Positions 12,791 through 26,940 are shown, numbered from the stretch's first letter. The stretch: 64,000 nt of DNA from Ylistrum balloti (GCF_031769215.1 NW_026782300.1:1240001-1304000), one strand, 5' to 3'. The notes: generated from the letters alone by a model not told the origin. Program-made: numbers and translations.

Positions 12791-13504
12791 TTATTGTTGA
12801 ATTCAAGTAAGATAACAGACAATACAATACTTTTCATATGATACATATTTGACAAATTTGTATATTTTTTCCCATAACATTTTTGTTCACCATTTTTGGG
12901 AAGACAATTTCCTTTTTAAAACTAGTCTTATCAAATGTCATAAAAGACAATTTGATCTTCATGTACTATGTTCTTTTTATTGCCATGTTTGTGTAGGTCA
13001 TTTCATTTATGATACTTAACTGGAATTGTTTGAAATTAATTATATCTTTGAAGAATGGAGATTATGCAATTAAATGTCAGGCAGAAATGAAATTTGTTAT
13101 AAATGTGTTGAATTTAATAACATATTCTTACATGTTTATTAGGCTGGATGGGAGGTTATGGCTGTTTAACTGGCAGTTTTCATGCTATTATAACACTTAG
13201 GTCTAAATTGGTGAATAGCATGATTGTATCCTGGTTGTAACTCGTAATATCAACTTTATAGTAAAACTGCAGAACAGGTCTGTTCAAGTAGTATTTATAG
13301 GTGGTTGTCTATTTTGTCTTGTAGATAATTCTCTAGGTAGATTTGAAACTGACAGAAAAAAAAATAGATTTAATGGTACATCAGACATACTATCGGACAG
13401 AGTTTCCTCACTGGGTTTATCACAATGGAACATTTTAAGGCTGGGTCTCCTTGTATAAGCTGGTGACTGCCGCACCGAATAACATATGGGAGGCCTGTCA
13501 CATG

Positions 13505-13545
13505 GCAATTAGGGCTAAATGTCTTTACCCAAGTACACAGCCAGG
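13505..13545 (-). mobile_element. Possible CORE-SINE core fragment
   Basis: agggctaaatgtctttacccaagtacacagc resembles the reverse complement of the CORE/MIR core (ggttaagtgacttgcccaaggtcacacagc, from memory); short match only. Confidence 0.3.
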
Positions 13546-13754
13546 TCAGTACAGACTAGCTTGCTTAGCTTCCTGTAAAACACAACTGCCATAGGTTGAT
13601 ATCATTGAACCATTTTCCTTGGATCTTCACCTTAGGTTACATTGGTCACTTGTTTAGCTGACTGAGCTATTGCAGCCCACACAGTGTACTTAATGACTGA
13701 AGTATTGTACATATTATATCTGTATATTGTAGTTTACAGTTCTCTTTATAAACA

Positions 13755-14360
13755 GATGACTGGTCTCTAAAGGCAGGTATGATTGGTCTCTATAGACAGG
13801 TATGACTGGTCTAAGACAGTTAATTGTTCTCCATAGAGAGATATGATTGGTTCCTATATTGAAACAGGTCTCTAGTCTCTATAGACAGGTATAAGTGGTC
13901 TCCCTAATGAGACAGGTAACTAGTCTCTATAGACAGGCATAACTGATCTCCATAGTAAGACAGGTAGCTAGTCTCTATAGACAGGGATAACTGATCTCCA
14001 TAATAAGACAGGTAACTTGTCTATATAGACCGGTATAACTGGTCTCCATAGTAAGACAGGTAACTAGTCTCTATAGACAGGTATAACTGATCTCCATAGT
14101 AAGACAGGTAACTAATCTCTTTTGACAGGTATCACTGTTTTAAGACAGATAATACTGGTCATTCTGGACAAGTATTTCTGGTCTATAAATACAGATAACA
14201 CTGTTTACTCTAGACAGGTATTACTGGTCCCTATAAACAGATTAAACTGGTCACACTAAAGCAGGTATTTGTGTAAGTTGTATCACTGGTATCTATAAAC
14301 AGCTAACACTGGTATTTATAGACAGGTAAAACAGGTCGCTCTAGACAGGTATTACTGGCC
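13755..14360. repeat. 48-bp dimeric (23+25) minisatellite with degenerate flanks
   Basis: ctagtctctatagacagg at 13872, 13920, 13968, 14064; subunits share actg(g/a)tctc.ata...gacaggta. Confidence 0.9.
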
Positions 14361-15631
14361 AGGCTCCATTATTAGCAGTATTGGTTTATTTTGTGAAATC
14401 TTTATTCATAATTACTTCTGCTAATTGTATCACAGACCAGGTCATGTGAAAACATTTCATCTAAGTCATCTCTCAGACCATTTTTGCACTTGTATAACTC
14501 CTTAATCAGTCCTAAGTTACCTTAATATGTTACCCATCATTCTTACCAGTTGTGTAATCATGGTCCTGATCTTGTCTATCCACACCCCATCATGTAGTCT
14601 TCTTCAAAATGTATGGCTTCCAGATGTAATCGCTCAGTAGTTTATAGTAGAATCAGAGGCCTGGGATAACGTATTATGTAAAAAGGTAAATTGTTTGAGA
14701 TGAAAAAGTTGTAAGATTCTATCACAGGATATATTACAAAGACATGGTTTCTATCAAAATTCTCATCAGTTCTCCAATTATTTCATAAAAATGATAAATA
14801 CTTTGTGTGTTTAGTCATTTTCCTTCCTGATCTGCTGTAAACATGATTCACACTTTGTTTATGAAGTACACCATATCAGTCTGTCGTTCTGAAAATAACT
14901 TATCAGGCTTTGTTTTAATGCAGAGGTTTTAGTGATTGTCTTCATTGCTCCCCAAATTTGTTGGAGTTCTGGAACATTACAGTGCTTTCACATTCATATG
15001 GAGTCATGGCATAAACAGAATTGAATATGGTGTGAGTTGAATTAATTAAAGGCAGAATAACGAGTATTAATGGATAATTTTGAACATCACACTGTAGTTT
15101 CATTATAATCCGATAATAAAGTACAGTGCATCGATACTTTGAATAATTGTTTTAGGTAAATTGTTAGCTCTCAGTTTTGTCCTAATGTTCTTTTAACAAT
15201 CACTAGTTACAAGAGAAGTTTTATTTAACTGTTTTCCAGCTAGAGAGTTGGAATTTAGATCACAAGTTTTCCTGTTGAATAATGGTACTAAAAGTATGTC
15301 TGAGCCTCAGGGGAAAAGACTTCAATTGTTTTCTGAAGATAGTTGGGTTTGGTGGGAAAGTTCTTTTGAAAAGGCTTTAGAATATTCATGAGAGTTAGCG
15401 GATGATGCGATTAAATGTTGGCATCTAGACATTGCAATCATATACCAATAACTTTGAACCCTGACTTTCAACTCTGTAATATTGGGCTTTTTGTGTACAC
15501 TGCAATGCAGAAAATCCTTCGACCTACAGCATACAAATTCTATCACAATATTCTAGGAAAGAAGAAATGGAAATGAAGACGAAAAAGTGTCATGTTGTTT
15601 ACCAAAAACGTAAACGAGATGTTTATGCTCC

Positions 15632-16363
15632 TTTTTAGCTAACCGGGTCTAAAAGACCAGTGAGCTTATGCCGTGGCATGTTTTCTATCATGGTCAACTT
15701 TTTACTAAAAATCACTACTTGTCATGAACGAGGGAACATATTTCAACCAGATTTGGTAAGAAGCATTCTGTGATGAAGGGAAATAATTTTTTTTAAAAGT
15801 GGTAGGTCTTGGCCCCATGGGGCAGGAGGGTTGAGGCCCAATTGGGGAACTAGAGCAAATTCTTTGAAATTGTACTCCTCAAGTAGGAAAGGTTGGATTT
15901 TGCCCAGATTTTGAAAAAATTTCTTGGGTTGTTGGGTGAAGGAGAATTAATTTTGTATAATCAGTAGGTTTTTGCCCTCTGTGGCAGGAGGGGCATGGCC
16001 CAATTTTGGAAAAAGAACAATTTCTTTTAAATCCTACTTTTCCTGTAGGAATAATTGGATTATGCCAAACTTTAGTGTGAAGTATTCTTATGATAAAGGG
16101 TGGATCCTGGCCTCCAGGAGTAGGAAGGGAGGGCCCAATTTGAGAAATGTAAATTTTAAAAAAGTCTTTCTGTACAAAGATATTGTCAAGGTTTGGTTTG
16201 GTATGTAGCAGTTCTTGTGAATAGTGTCTTACGTTTGACTACAAGGCCAGGACCCATTAGGAAAATTATTTCGGAAGTTTTTGTCATATTTGAAATTCTT
16301 TGTTTAATGACTAAATAGCTGAATTACCAAATTAACGATGCAGGCCCGTTTGGCCTCTTGTTT
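15632..16363 (+). mobile_element. Apparently complete non-autonomous Helentron-associated element (HINE), ~730 bp
   Basis: 5' tttttagctaaccgggtctaaaagaccagtgagct (agct..agct and ggtct/agacc inverted repeats). Internal ~140-165-bp units with ..ggcaggagggg...ggcccaatt at ~15813, 15975, 16111. 3' hairpin aggcc-cgttt-ggcct followed by cttgttt; T-rich insertion context. Confidence 0.8.
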
Positions 16364-17274
16364 ATATCCTATCAGGATTTTCGAGGCTTTGCTGGACTAT
16401 AGTGTGGGATGGTTATTTTGGAAGGGCTTTTGGTACAATGTTATAGATTTTTTTTCTGTAATGAGGGAGAGATATACCAGTGAATATTTTGGATCAAAAA
16501 GATGGGATACCTTCAACAAAAGAAGGCAGAAAACTGTATATAAGTGAGCATCACCAGCTTCACAGAACCTGATACATAGGTTGGAAATGATTATACAGAT
16601 ACAAAACATGTGGTACATAAATGACCTTGAATGTAGAGTAGAGGGAATACCAGAAGGCAGGAAGAATTATAACGGTAAACACCTCATGTGTATCTATATA
16701 TTATATTGTTAACTCTTGAAACTTCAATATCTTTCTGGATTAGCGGTTTAAGGAATTAAATGCTTCATTTATCATTTTTTGGAATACTTTGTAAGTGTTG
16801 TAAGCTTTATTTAAGCCCATGCGTGAATTCTATGGAATCAGTTTCAGAATTTACTTTAAAATTATGTTGAATGATTTTACATGTTGTAATGAACATGAAA
16901 TCTTTTGTAGTTCAGAACTATATTTCTGCATGGAATAATTATTTTGGTGTAAGTCATCAGGCAAAATTCAGCATAATAACAACGTCAGGTCAACAAAGAT
17001 TGAACAAAAACCTGTTGAAGTTATGATGGTCGGATTTTCAGTCAATGTTGCAGGATAAAAAGAATGCATGGTCAGTGTATAAGCTGCATTTTGACTCAGA
17101 ACAGGAAGACAAAAGTGGCTCGTCAGAGGCTTGTCATTGTTGTCATTCTTCATCTTTGCAAAAATACAGCTTACATTTTAAGACACTGACATTGTATTCT
17201 CTAAGTGAAGAGCTGAGGGAGGTTGCACAGGAGGGTTTGTTCCTGTGTAGATTGGTAATTTATCAGGTAAGTAG

Positions 17275-17334
17275 ACAGTTTACAGTATAATGGATGAAGA
17301 TCTAACAGTTTACAGTATAATGGATGAAGATCTA
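17275..17334. repeat. Perfect 30-bp tandem duplication
   Basis: acagtttacagtataatggatgaagatcta x2 (17275, 17305). Confidence 0.95.
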
Positions 17335-17419
17335 GTGATCCTCACTGATAAAATTCATGTGTCAAATATTAGTAATATTACAACATTGATGCACTCTTGG
17401 ATTATAGTAATCCGTGTTA

Positions 17420-17650
17420 TGCTCAATTCCCCTTTCATTTATGCAACCAGGTTTGTTCTAAATTAACAGCTCCTCACATCCCTTCAGACCAGGCTTGTTT
17501 TACAGTTCCCTTTAATCTATCATATCTGGCTTATTTAACACCCCTCAAAACCCCCCAGACCAGGCTTACTTTACCCTTCCCTGCAGTTTTTCATACCTGG
17601 CTTATTAAACATCCCTCACTGCCCCTCAACACAAGGCTTAGTTTAAACTT
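17420..17650. repeat. Degenerate C/T-rich repeat with recurring accaggctt/acctggctt motif
   Basis: Motif recurs ~6 times at 35-40 bp spacing. Confidence 0.55.
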
Positions 17651-20204
17651 CAATAAATTTCCGAAGTTTGGTTAATTTTTGACAGTCCTGTCAAAAACAA
17701 GACCATTTTCAACAATTGCTTCCCCTTTGTAGTGCCATTTTTGTTTCTGTTCTGTCTGTTACAAAAACGGCTGAACATTAAAAAACATAAAAAAGAAATA
17801 AAACTAAACTAAACTAAAAACACAAAGCAGGGTTAAGTGGAGATCAGAGACATAAACTATGGATTAAATGACATCTTAAAATTTGTGTATTTCCTGTGAG
17901 AGTTTTATTTTTCAGTCAGTTAATTATAAAATCAGTGGTTTCTACAAAGTTTTCAGCAGGACTAGAATTGCATATTTCATCTTACATCTGTACTATGTGC
18001 CTGTTTCCTGACAGGTATTTTGGAGACCATTGCAGCATATTATTTGCACATTTGCTAAAGTAGACAACAAAATTAATAATTAATGAAGGAGAGAAAATCA
18101 ATGTTCTAGTGTCCAGTAATTGTGTGATTTGCATATTTTGGGATTCAGTACGCATTATAATGTGAATGCCATAGGTCTAATTATAGGACTGTACAAATTG
18201 GCAAGGTTCCACCTCACTTGAGTGTGGTGTTATATGAATTTTTCTAGCACTGTTCGATGTCACCTGAAGCTAAATATCAAAGGTAATGTAGCAAAAATGT
18301 CACACAATGGCTGGAAATTTTACCACCTCACCAACAATCACATACAGATTGATTGACTGCAAACAGAATGTTCTGGAGCAGGTAGACCATAAAATAGCAC
18401 TAAGACAGACCATTGCTGAAAGATGTGTACTTTTCTGAGTACCAGGTTTAAAGGATGCCCAACACAAATAGCTAGTGTACAACTCCAAGGTGACACAAAA
18501 CAGGGCATTTTATATCTCATTATAGATTGTGGAAAATTGCATATTTCATTAGGCCTTAGTAATCTTATAGCCAGGTTTTAAGTTTCTAGGACTTTCATCG
18601 GTGAAACTGATGCCAGCTTTTACTGTTTACACAAATGGATGTACAAACAATTAGGCACAAGAAATCGTCTCAATGTGCCTCTTTATTCGCATCACTTACA
18701 GCAGAATGCACGTTAATTTTCCAGGCAGCAGTTCCTCCTATAGTGGGGAATAAAGATTTACCTCGATTGAATGTCATCACATGACATTTTCCTTCATCAA
18801 TTAGTAAAGCTGTTCAAATTGTGGAATCTTTGCTAATGCATTGCAGCAGGCAGTGATTTTGTGTTGGTTCTCCAGAGCGTCTTGGTTTAAATACAGTTGT
18901 CCTGGTACATATATAGCATTGTTTGTATGTCTGCCCTGGTCTGATGCCTGGTATAACCTGAGGGTGCTGAGATCGCGTGAATATTTCAACAGGATGAATT
19001 TCTGCAAACCCAGACACATTTCAGGTACATTTGTGTGATTACTGTCTTTACAGATTTACCTTCATAGGATTCTCATCTGCTTAGAAAATTATCATGAATT
19101 ATTGAAGTTAACGTTTTTCTCTCTCTCTGATTATTTTGTTCTCGGAGATGCTGAGTATAGATATTATGTAAGCTATGTCTTAGAGACTGTAGACAATGTA
19201 TGCTTGAAGTTTGCAGCTGATTGTGTTATGTAGCTCTACTAAATTTTTTACGTAAGTCAGTCCCAGTGTAACAGGCCAAGGTGTGCAAGGAAATATATAG
19301 CTTACCAGACAATACAATAATTAATGTAAAATGTCTTGTTCAGCTGGTGGTGTCGAAGTTGAGCTGATGCAAAGGCATTCTCCCAATGTCTGAGGCAAGG
19401 ATGGGCACTAATTCAGTATAGAATCTTCACATACATTCTTATTGTCTCCAACATAGAGTGTCTTACTTTGGTTTCGTATTCCTTTTGGATGTAGGTCCCT
19501 ATCCTTTGTTTCTCTTAGAAACCTAGCAACTATATAATACCCAAGGTTAAATTCATTATCAAATCTAATGCGATTTTGTTTCTGTTTTCTAACTTCACAT
19601 TATCCATAGTGTTGCATATGTTAGAGTTCTTGCAAATTGATTGATTTATTTCTGTTGTTTTCACATTTTATAGCATAAATGTAACCTCAGGGATGATGAA
19701 ATATGACCCATTGGCTAATCAATTTTGATACTGGATGCTGAAAGTCATTAGTACAACGAAATCATATTTAATCTCAAAATAAATCTGTTTCCGCTGTAAT
19801 ATAAATTGCAAATAAAATGATGGATTTGTGGCTCCATTTGAAATCTGGAAGATCAATACAACAAATTCAGAGTCAAGCTTCAAAGTGAATCAGAAGAGAA
19901 AACTTCCTTTTTACACTTAACTGACCTCAGATTGCAAACATTTTATTTGAACGATGGCTTGATGTATTTAATGACAGTTTCCTTAAGCCTTTTATGTTTT
20001 TCAGGACAACTTAATTTGATCTTCTTTTGATCATGATGGATATTGGACATGGATATAAATTGGACAATTGTTGAAAAAGATTTTCTGTAAATGGTTTCTG
20101 TTTTGCAATGCAACCTTGCTTATTCCTCTTTTGTACATTATTGGTGATGGCAATTGGTACTGCTGTCTTCACTTTCAAAAAATTGTGTCTCCTCTCTACA
20201 CAAT

Positions 20205-20680
20205 GGGTTATCATACTCTGGTTTCCATCAAGGTCATATACAGTGTTTACACTGGTACCTATCAAGGTCATATACAGTGTTTACACTGGTACCTATCAAT
20301 GTCATATACAGTGCTTACACTGGTATCCATCAAGGTCATATACTGTCTTTACACGGGTATCTATCACAGCCATATACTGTCTTTACACTGGTACCTATCA
20401 AGGACAAATACAGTGTTTATACTGGTATCCATCAAGGTCATATACTGTCTTTACACTGGTGCCTATCAAGGACATATACAGTGTTTACACTGGTACCTAT
20501 CAAGGACATATACAGTGTTTATACTGGTACCTATCAAGGACATATACAGTGTTTACACTGGTACCTATCAAGGACTTATACAGTGTTTATACTAGTACCT
20601 ATCAAGGACATATACAGTGTTTACACTGGTACCTATCAAGGACATATACAGTGTTTACACTGGTACCTATCAAGATCATA
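20205..20680. repeat. 34-bp minisatellite (~13-14 copies)
   Basis: Unit caaggacatatacagtgtttacactggtacctat; period 34 (20467, 20501); explains the three overlapping + ORFs. Confidence 0.97.
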
Positions 20681-22929
20681 TAAAGAACATTTGCCAACGT
20701 GAATGAAATATGTGTATCTGTGACATGCCTTGTTAGCTTGGTATGTGAACAACTAACAAAGATCTCATCAGGACTGACATCTGGGAATAAAAGGCTGGCC
20801 AGTGTAAACCATGGTAATGGCAGTTACATCGTGTATGTGAGACCATGATGATCAGTGTGTTAGTCCTATCAACAACACATTCTCTTGCCAGCATGCACAA
20901 GAGTGTAAAAGGTCACCATACACTTACCTGGATGCAAATATGATGTAAGCAAAGGTTTTGGAAGTTATTCTGTTATTACTGTTCCAGAAAAATAATAAAG
21001 CTACAAGAGATTCTTGTTGGTAGGAACAACTGTGTGAGTCTGAAGTATTGTACCAGTGTGAAGTTGTTACAGGAACATCGACTGAAGTCATGTGGGTTAA
21101 TATAACAAAGCTCATAATTGCGTGTTTGTCACTTTGGCTCAAATTTACACCGAAAGGAACATTGTTCAGAAATGGTAACACTGTGGAATGTTATAACATC
21201 ATGGAATGTTATTAGGAAAAATGCCTACTATGATAGAAAAAATTGTATTGGAGAAATAACTATAGGAACTGAACAATTCAATCTGACAGTGTTTGTGGGG
21301 AGGAATGTTAGCCAGAGCTTAAATGTTATTATCTATTTGTTCTCCCATGATTAGTCTACCTTCATTAAGACAGGTGCAGATGATGTTGTATGGGTCTCCT
21401 ACGGGGTGATCTCTATGATGTGTATGTGTTTGTGTGTGTGTTCCTTGTGCCGATCTAGTGGACAAACTTTTATGTATATCTTCATTATATCTTTTCTCTT
21501 TCCCTATGATGCCTATGTATTTCTCTTATTGTGTTTTCTAATTTCAACTATGCATTACCAGTTCTAGTACACTCTATGACTTAAATTGAAATATTTAAAA
21601 GATTTTGAAAATATTTTGCAAAGTGAAAATAGTTTATGAACCAGTTCTGATTGGCTGAAGACTATTTGGTGTAGCTGTGATAGTTGCCCTTTTAAGCAGT
21701 TGATAATATTTACACTGAATTAAGCAAAGTTACTTCTGTAATTTGACATGTTGACATATTGTAGGTTGTAAAGGGGGTGTGAAATCAATTTATTAACACA
21801 CTGCTATAACTAGTTTTCCAATTTGATGTAGAAAAAATCAACACTCACTGTTTGTCAGACTTGGGTGAGAAATTGTGTAAAGAACAGTAGATAGTCGACC
21901 ATTAACAGGCAATCAGACAGGGTGCCTGTAATTACAGTCGGTTTTAGTGGATTTAGCGAAATGAAGTAACTGAAAAATTCAATTTGACATTTCACTGCAA
22001 AATTGGTTGTGTGAGGAGACATATATGTATACCAAGAAGTGCAGTCATTGATTTAGTTCCTTAGAATTGACAAGGAGAACATTTCCAGATATCCATGTAT
22101 CATTGTTGAGAAAAACTTTTGAATTTAAATTTGATGAAAGTTGCGGAGAATTTTGGCTGTTATAGAAACGAGCAACCAAATAGCAGTCTTTTTCATCAGT
22201 TACTAATTTGTGCGAGAGAACCAAATATTCCTTACTTGAGTTTTATTGATTTTCATTGAGGTCGACAAGATTGCTTCAGAGTAATGCTTCTGTATTGCTA
22301 AATGTCTCCGCGAGGCTTCAAGTTCCATAGAAATCTCTGGCAAATGTGATACCATGAATAGGTCTTTTGTATAGTTCTCTATTGTGATCCAAAGGTAGTC
22401 GAATCTATTGAACTGGAATTTATATTAGTCTTTGAATAATACATTGAACATTTGTCTGTTGGCACTGTTTCTTGGAAGGTGCTTGATCATAATAACTATA
22501 AACATCTAATTATCTGCTCTCTGTCAGGGATAAGGCAAACAAAACCAGATTCCATGTGAGAAAGTTCTAAAAAGGTGGATTGATCTACAATAATTCTAGC
22601 AGGATAAGGTGTCTTTGATCCTTGATAAAATAATCTCTGAAATTAAAGTAAACTTATCTCCTGACACCAAATTTCAGAGATAACCTTCGAAGAAAATATG
22701 CAGGTATGGAGTGATTGGTTTAAACCTCTCACTTCAGCATCTTCCGATCTTTCAAGATTAAAGAAAATGTACTTTTCAATATAATGGTATTATTTTTTTC
22801 ACCTCTCCCCCCTTCCAACCTCTTGAGTATGAGGGAGATTTTGCTTTAGCAGGAGAGAGCTAGACCTCTGGGCATATGTACTTCTGGGTGCTAGTGGAAT
22901 TTAGCCTACCTAGAGACACTTTTGGGCAT

Positions 22930-23860
22930 TACATTAAATCAGACCACCGATAAACAGACATCCTGGTATTATGATGATTTGACCTACCAAGAGAGACTTA
23001 TACGATTTAATGGATGTCAGCCCATCAGTAAGACTTTTAGACATTAATGGGAATCAGTCCACTGAGAGAGACTTCTTGTCCTCAATGGGAATCAGCCAGG
23101 AAAAATAAACTCCTTTGTCTTCATTGGAATCCTCCCAACCAGATAGGCTTTTGAGCTAGTGGGAATCAGACCACCAAGAGAGACCTTTGAGCCAGTTGGA
23201 ATCAGACCACCAAGAGAGACCTTTGAGCCAGTTGGAATCAGACCATTAATAGAGACCTTTGGGTCAGTGGGAATCAGACCACCAACAGAGACCTTTGGGT
23301 CAGTCAGAATCAGACCACCAACAGAGACCTTTGGGTCAGTGGGAATCAGGCACCTTTGGGTCAGTGGGAATCAGACCACCAACAGAGACCTTTGGGTCAG
23401 TCAGAATCAGACCACCAACAGAGACCTTTGGGTCAGTGGGAATCAGGCCTCCAATAGAGACATTTGGGTCAGTCAGAATCAGGCACCTTTGGGTCAGTGG
23501 GAATCAGGCTACCAACAATGACTTCTGAGCCTTTATAGGAATCAGCCAACAAAGAAAATTTTCGGGGCCTGAATTGGAGTCAGCCCATCAAGAGACTTCC
23601 ATGCAAGTCAATGGGAATCAGACCAACAAGAGAGACTTTAAGGCCTTGATAGAAATAAGCCAAGTAAGAAAGACTCTTGGGCCTTATTCAGAGTCAGCCT
23701 ATCAAGAGAAACTTTTGGGTCATGATGGCAGTCAGCCCACCAAGAGAGATTTTAGTGCCTTTATCAGCCTGGTAAGAGAAATTTCTTGGTCTTAATGGTA
23801 GTTAGTCCACCAAGAGAAATTTCTTGGTGAGATTCTACCAACCAAGAGACAGACCTTAAT
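22930..23860. repeat. 36-bp minisatellite, homogeneous core 23160-23520, long degenerate flanks, some 25-bp deleted units
   Basis: Unit gggaatcagaccaccaacagagacctttgggtcagt; short units gggaatcaggcacctttgggtcagt. Confidence 0.93.
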
Positions 23861-26800
23861 CATTAGTGGAGGGTCAGTCCACAAAAACGACAGTCTTCAC
23901 GACATTATCATTATCATCATACTAGGAGACAGGCTTCTGTGTATTAGTGAGGAGTGATATTGTCTGTCAGGAACCTAGTCATAAAACTGGAAATCCCCTT
24001 GTGATATTCAAATTTGCTTACATTTGCTTTTAACTGCTTGCTGTAAATGTTTTATATTGACAGTAAGATGGACACTTTAATGTGTATTGTACTTGGTGTG
24101 GTGTATGAAGATGCTTTATTCTGAAGAAACAGAAGAGCGTTTCAGTGTAGATAGGACAGTAGGATGCAACCCTGAAATAAATCCTGGATTAGATATCGTT
24201 GATAAAGTTAGCAGTCAAGTTTTATGTGACCTTTTTGTTTGGTTTATGGGGGGATAGGAAATGGTCATATTGAGGTGTTTTATTCATCGTCACAGACCTG
24301 TGTGGGTATGGGGTCAAAGCCGGTTATTCCGAGCTCTAGGTAAATATGAGCTTCTGTCAACATTTTACTTTCACACAGTGATCTCTCTGTACCTTTGTAA
24401 GTTGATTCAGAAGTTGTTCAACATTAGGGATGACAAGATCTGACTGCACAGCTTTCTTTCTCTTGTCATGAAAATTCTTTTATCAATGATAGGCCACACC
24501 TTCTCAAACTCACACCCATTCCTATCTATTGACTGTGGTTAGGTGGGTGGGATGGGATGAGGTTGAGGTTCATTGCTTGGTCTATGGAGGTGCAATATTG
24601 CATCTGTGCTTTCAAACTGAACACTTTCTTATAAAATGCCTGTGAACATGACCAATCATAAATTCATGAACAGATTTACTTTACACCACAGTTTTATGTA
24701 TGAATTAATTTGACGGCCATTGGTCCATTTGACAAGTTGGGGCTAGTTTGGATTTTCCAAAAGAAAAAGGAAAGATGTCTTCATTAGAGAAGGGAACAGC
24801 AGAGGAAATTTAACAAAATTTTTGATAGCTCAAAAATGAAGTAGAAGCTTTATGATGTATATTGCATCCTTGATAAAATGTTTTATACTTTTTTGTTTAG
24901 CAAGGCCAGCCATTTCAATTCAGTATTCATTTTCCAGTATTTGGATGTTGGCGCTGAAGAAGAAGGGAAAAGTCTTGTCTTTTGATAATTGGTCAATAAC
25001 TGGCTGGCATGGAGTACCACAAAACTTGAAAACAACCAAGTTCCATTAGGCCTTAAGTAATATTTGAGTAGCAACATTTGATTTGATCTCTTTTCTGCCG
25101 AGATAAATGACATAGATCTTGTCTCCCTAACCATGTATAAAAGCTGTTCATATTAGACTATGACTTTATGTAGACTTAATGCTAGACAAATTATTATCTG
25201 AACCCTTTATTATCACTTACATAATTCTATTTTTATCTCAGACGAAAGCAAACAAGGAAGGTATACCATTTATAGGAAAGCTATTGACTCTTCTAGTCTA
25301 TATATGGATTTATGATGGTGTTTAAATTATATTTCACATAATGCGGGATTTCTTTCTTCTCTACTATTTTTATGTACAATCCGAGGATATAGAGAGTGGA
25401 GCAGAATATAACTTGGGCAAATAACCTTACAGGTTAAGTAATCTTTACACAAAATTGGATAGAAGATTATTTTAAAATTATGTTTAAATGATATACATTA
25501 TATCTATGGGTATAAGGTTAAAAGTGACAAAAAAAGAATCACATGATATCTTACAAATGTATTAAAACATTGCAACGATTCAGTCATGCAAGACGGGCAG
25601 TTGTTTGGAAATTGAATATTTTGGGAATGTTTTAGAATGTTACAACATTTCAGTGATGCTGTTATGATATTGTGGTAAATTACCTTTGCTGGAAGAAGCT
25701 TGCAGTGTTTTGTGTATACTGATGTGTGTTGGAGGATATATATATCAAAACATGGACGAGACCTTGACATCTTGATCTGATAATTCACCTCTATCATTTT
25801 TGCTATCCAGGACATGTATGTGGAAGAAATCCCCTCAGGGCTCCGACATCTATCTCAACTGGTTAACTCCAGTAATCTGTATTAGATGCAGTGTGCAGTG
25901 CTGTTTGTTGTCTGTCTGTTAGATATTGGATGTTTATGTTAGGGCTCTGCGTTTTCTCTGGTGGTGATGATTTACTATCACATGTTCAAAACGCTAGTCA
26001 CTGCATTGTTGTCAATAGATAATGTCCTAAAGGAAAAAGAGATATGTAAATATAGATAGTGTAATAAATTTACTGTTGCTGATTTCTTATATTGAGAGAT
26101 TAAATGTAAAAAAATATGTTTGAAAAATACACTCCAGAACGATGTCAAATATATGAAATCAAGTGAAAATCCTGGTAAATCAGAGAAGGAAACTTGGTGG
26201 CAGAGTTGTTGTAAATTTTGATAATTTCAAGTTTGCTTTTCTGCTTTTTGTTGATTGGAAGTGATTATATTATAAAATATTGGCAAACCTATCCATCTTG
26301 TAGGAACAAATAAAGGGTGATGTATTATGTTTTGCCACAATTATGATTAAGTTATCAGTATAATACAATATATGTTACCAGCCAGTGTAGGAAATTAGAA
26401 TCCTGATGGTTTACATTGATAACAGCTAAGAATAAACATCTAGAAACAACAACAGTTAATTGACCTGGGTAGGATGAAAGGATTGTGGAATTCCATCTGA
26501 ACTACTTTAGCACATGTTTTATAACTTCAGTTAGCAGAAGTAATGCAATTTTAAAGTTTCCAACCAGTCTAGATAAAATCATTTACAATTGTATTATATA
26601 TTATCAAATAGGTTTAGTACAATGTGTTATTTATGTATTATTGGAATATGTCAGATACTGTTAAACATGCCATTTACTAAAAACTCTGTTTCAAGTGGAT
26701 TTGCACAATTTCCCTGCCATTAGAGATCAAGCGTTTGCATTGTTGAGAAACTGTTATTACTTCAGAACAAAATATGATTAGAAACATTCTCTGTAAAGAT

Positions 26801-26940
26801 GATTGTCTTCATGGTGATTATTTTTCTTGTCTGTGCATCTGTTGTTTGTATAGCTTATACAGCAGATTATAAATCTGTAGACATTGATCAAAGCTCAACA
26901 GGTCAGTTCATATTCACACCATGATATTATTCTACTTTCA

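Noticed and set aside
18670-19017. Minus-strand frame with CYIC..HC..C and KCHVMTFNR, reminiscent of a TE zinc finger or LINE RT tail
   Set aside because: Expected neighbouring motifs (e.g. YLG, DD) are absent and there is an internal stop; too weak to call.
20068-20702. Three overlapping ~180-aa ORFs
   Set aside because: The 34-bp unit lacks stops in all + frames; the same peptide cycles through frames.
23159-23528. GIRPPTETFGSV-repeat ORF
   Set aside because: The 36-bp array has 11-bp deletions that shift frame, so no coding constraint is evident.
24541-24562. Near G-quadruplex ggtgggtgggatgggatgagg
   Set aside because: Only three G3 runs; not a canonical G4.
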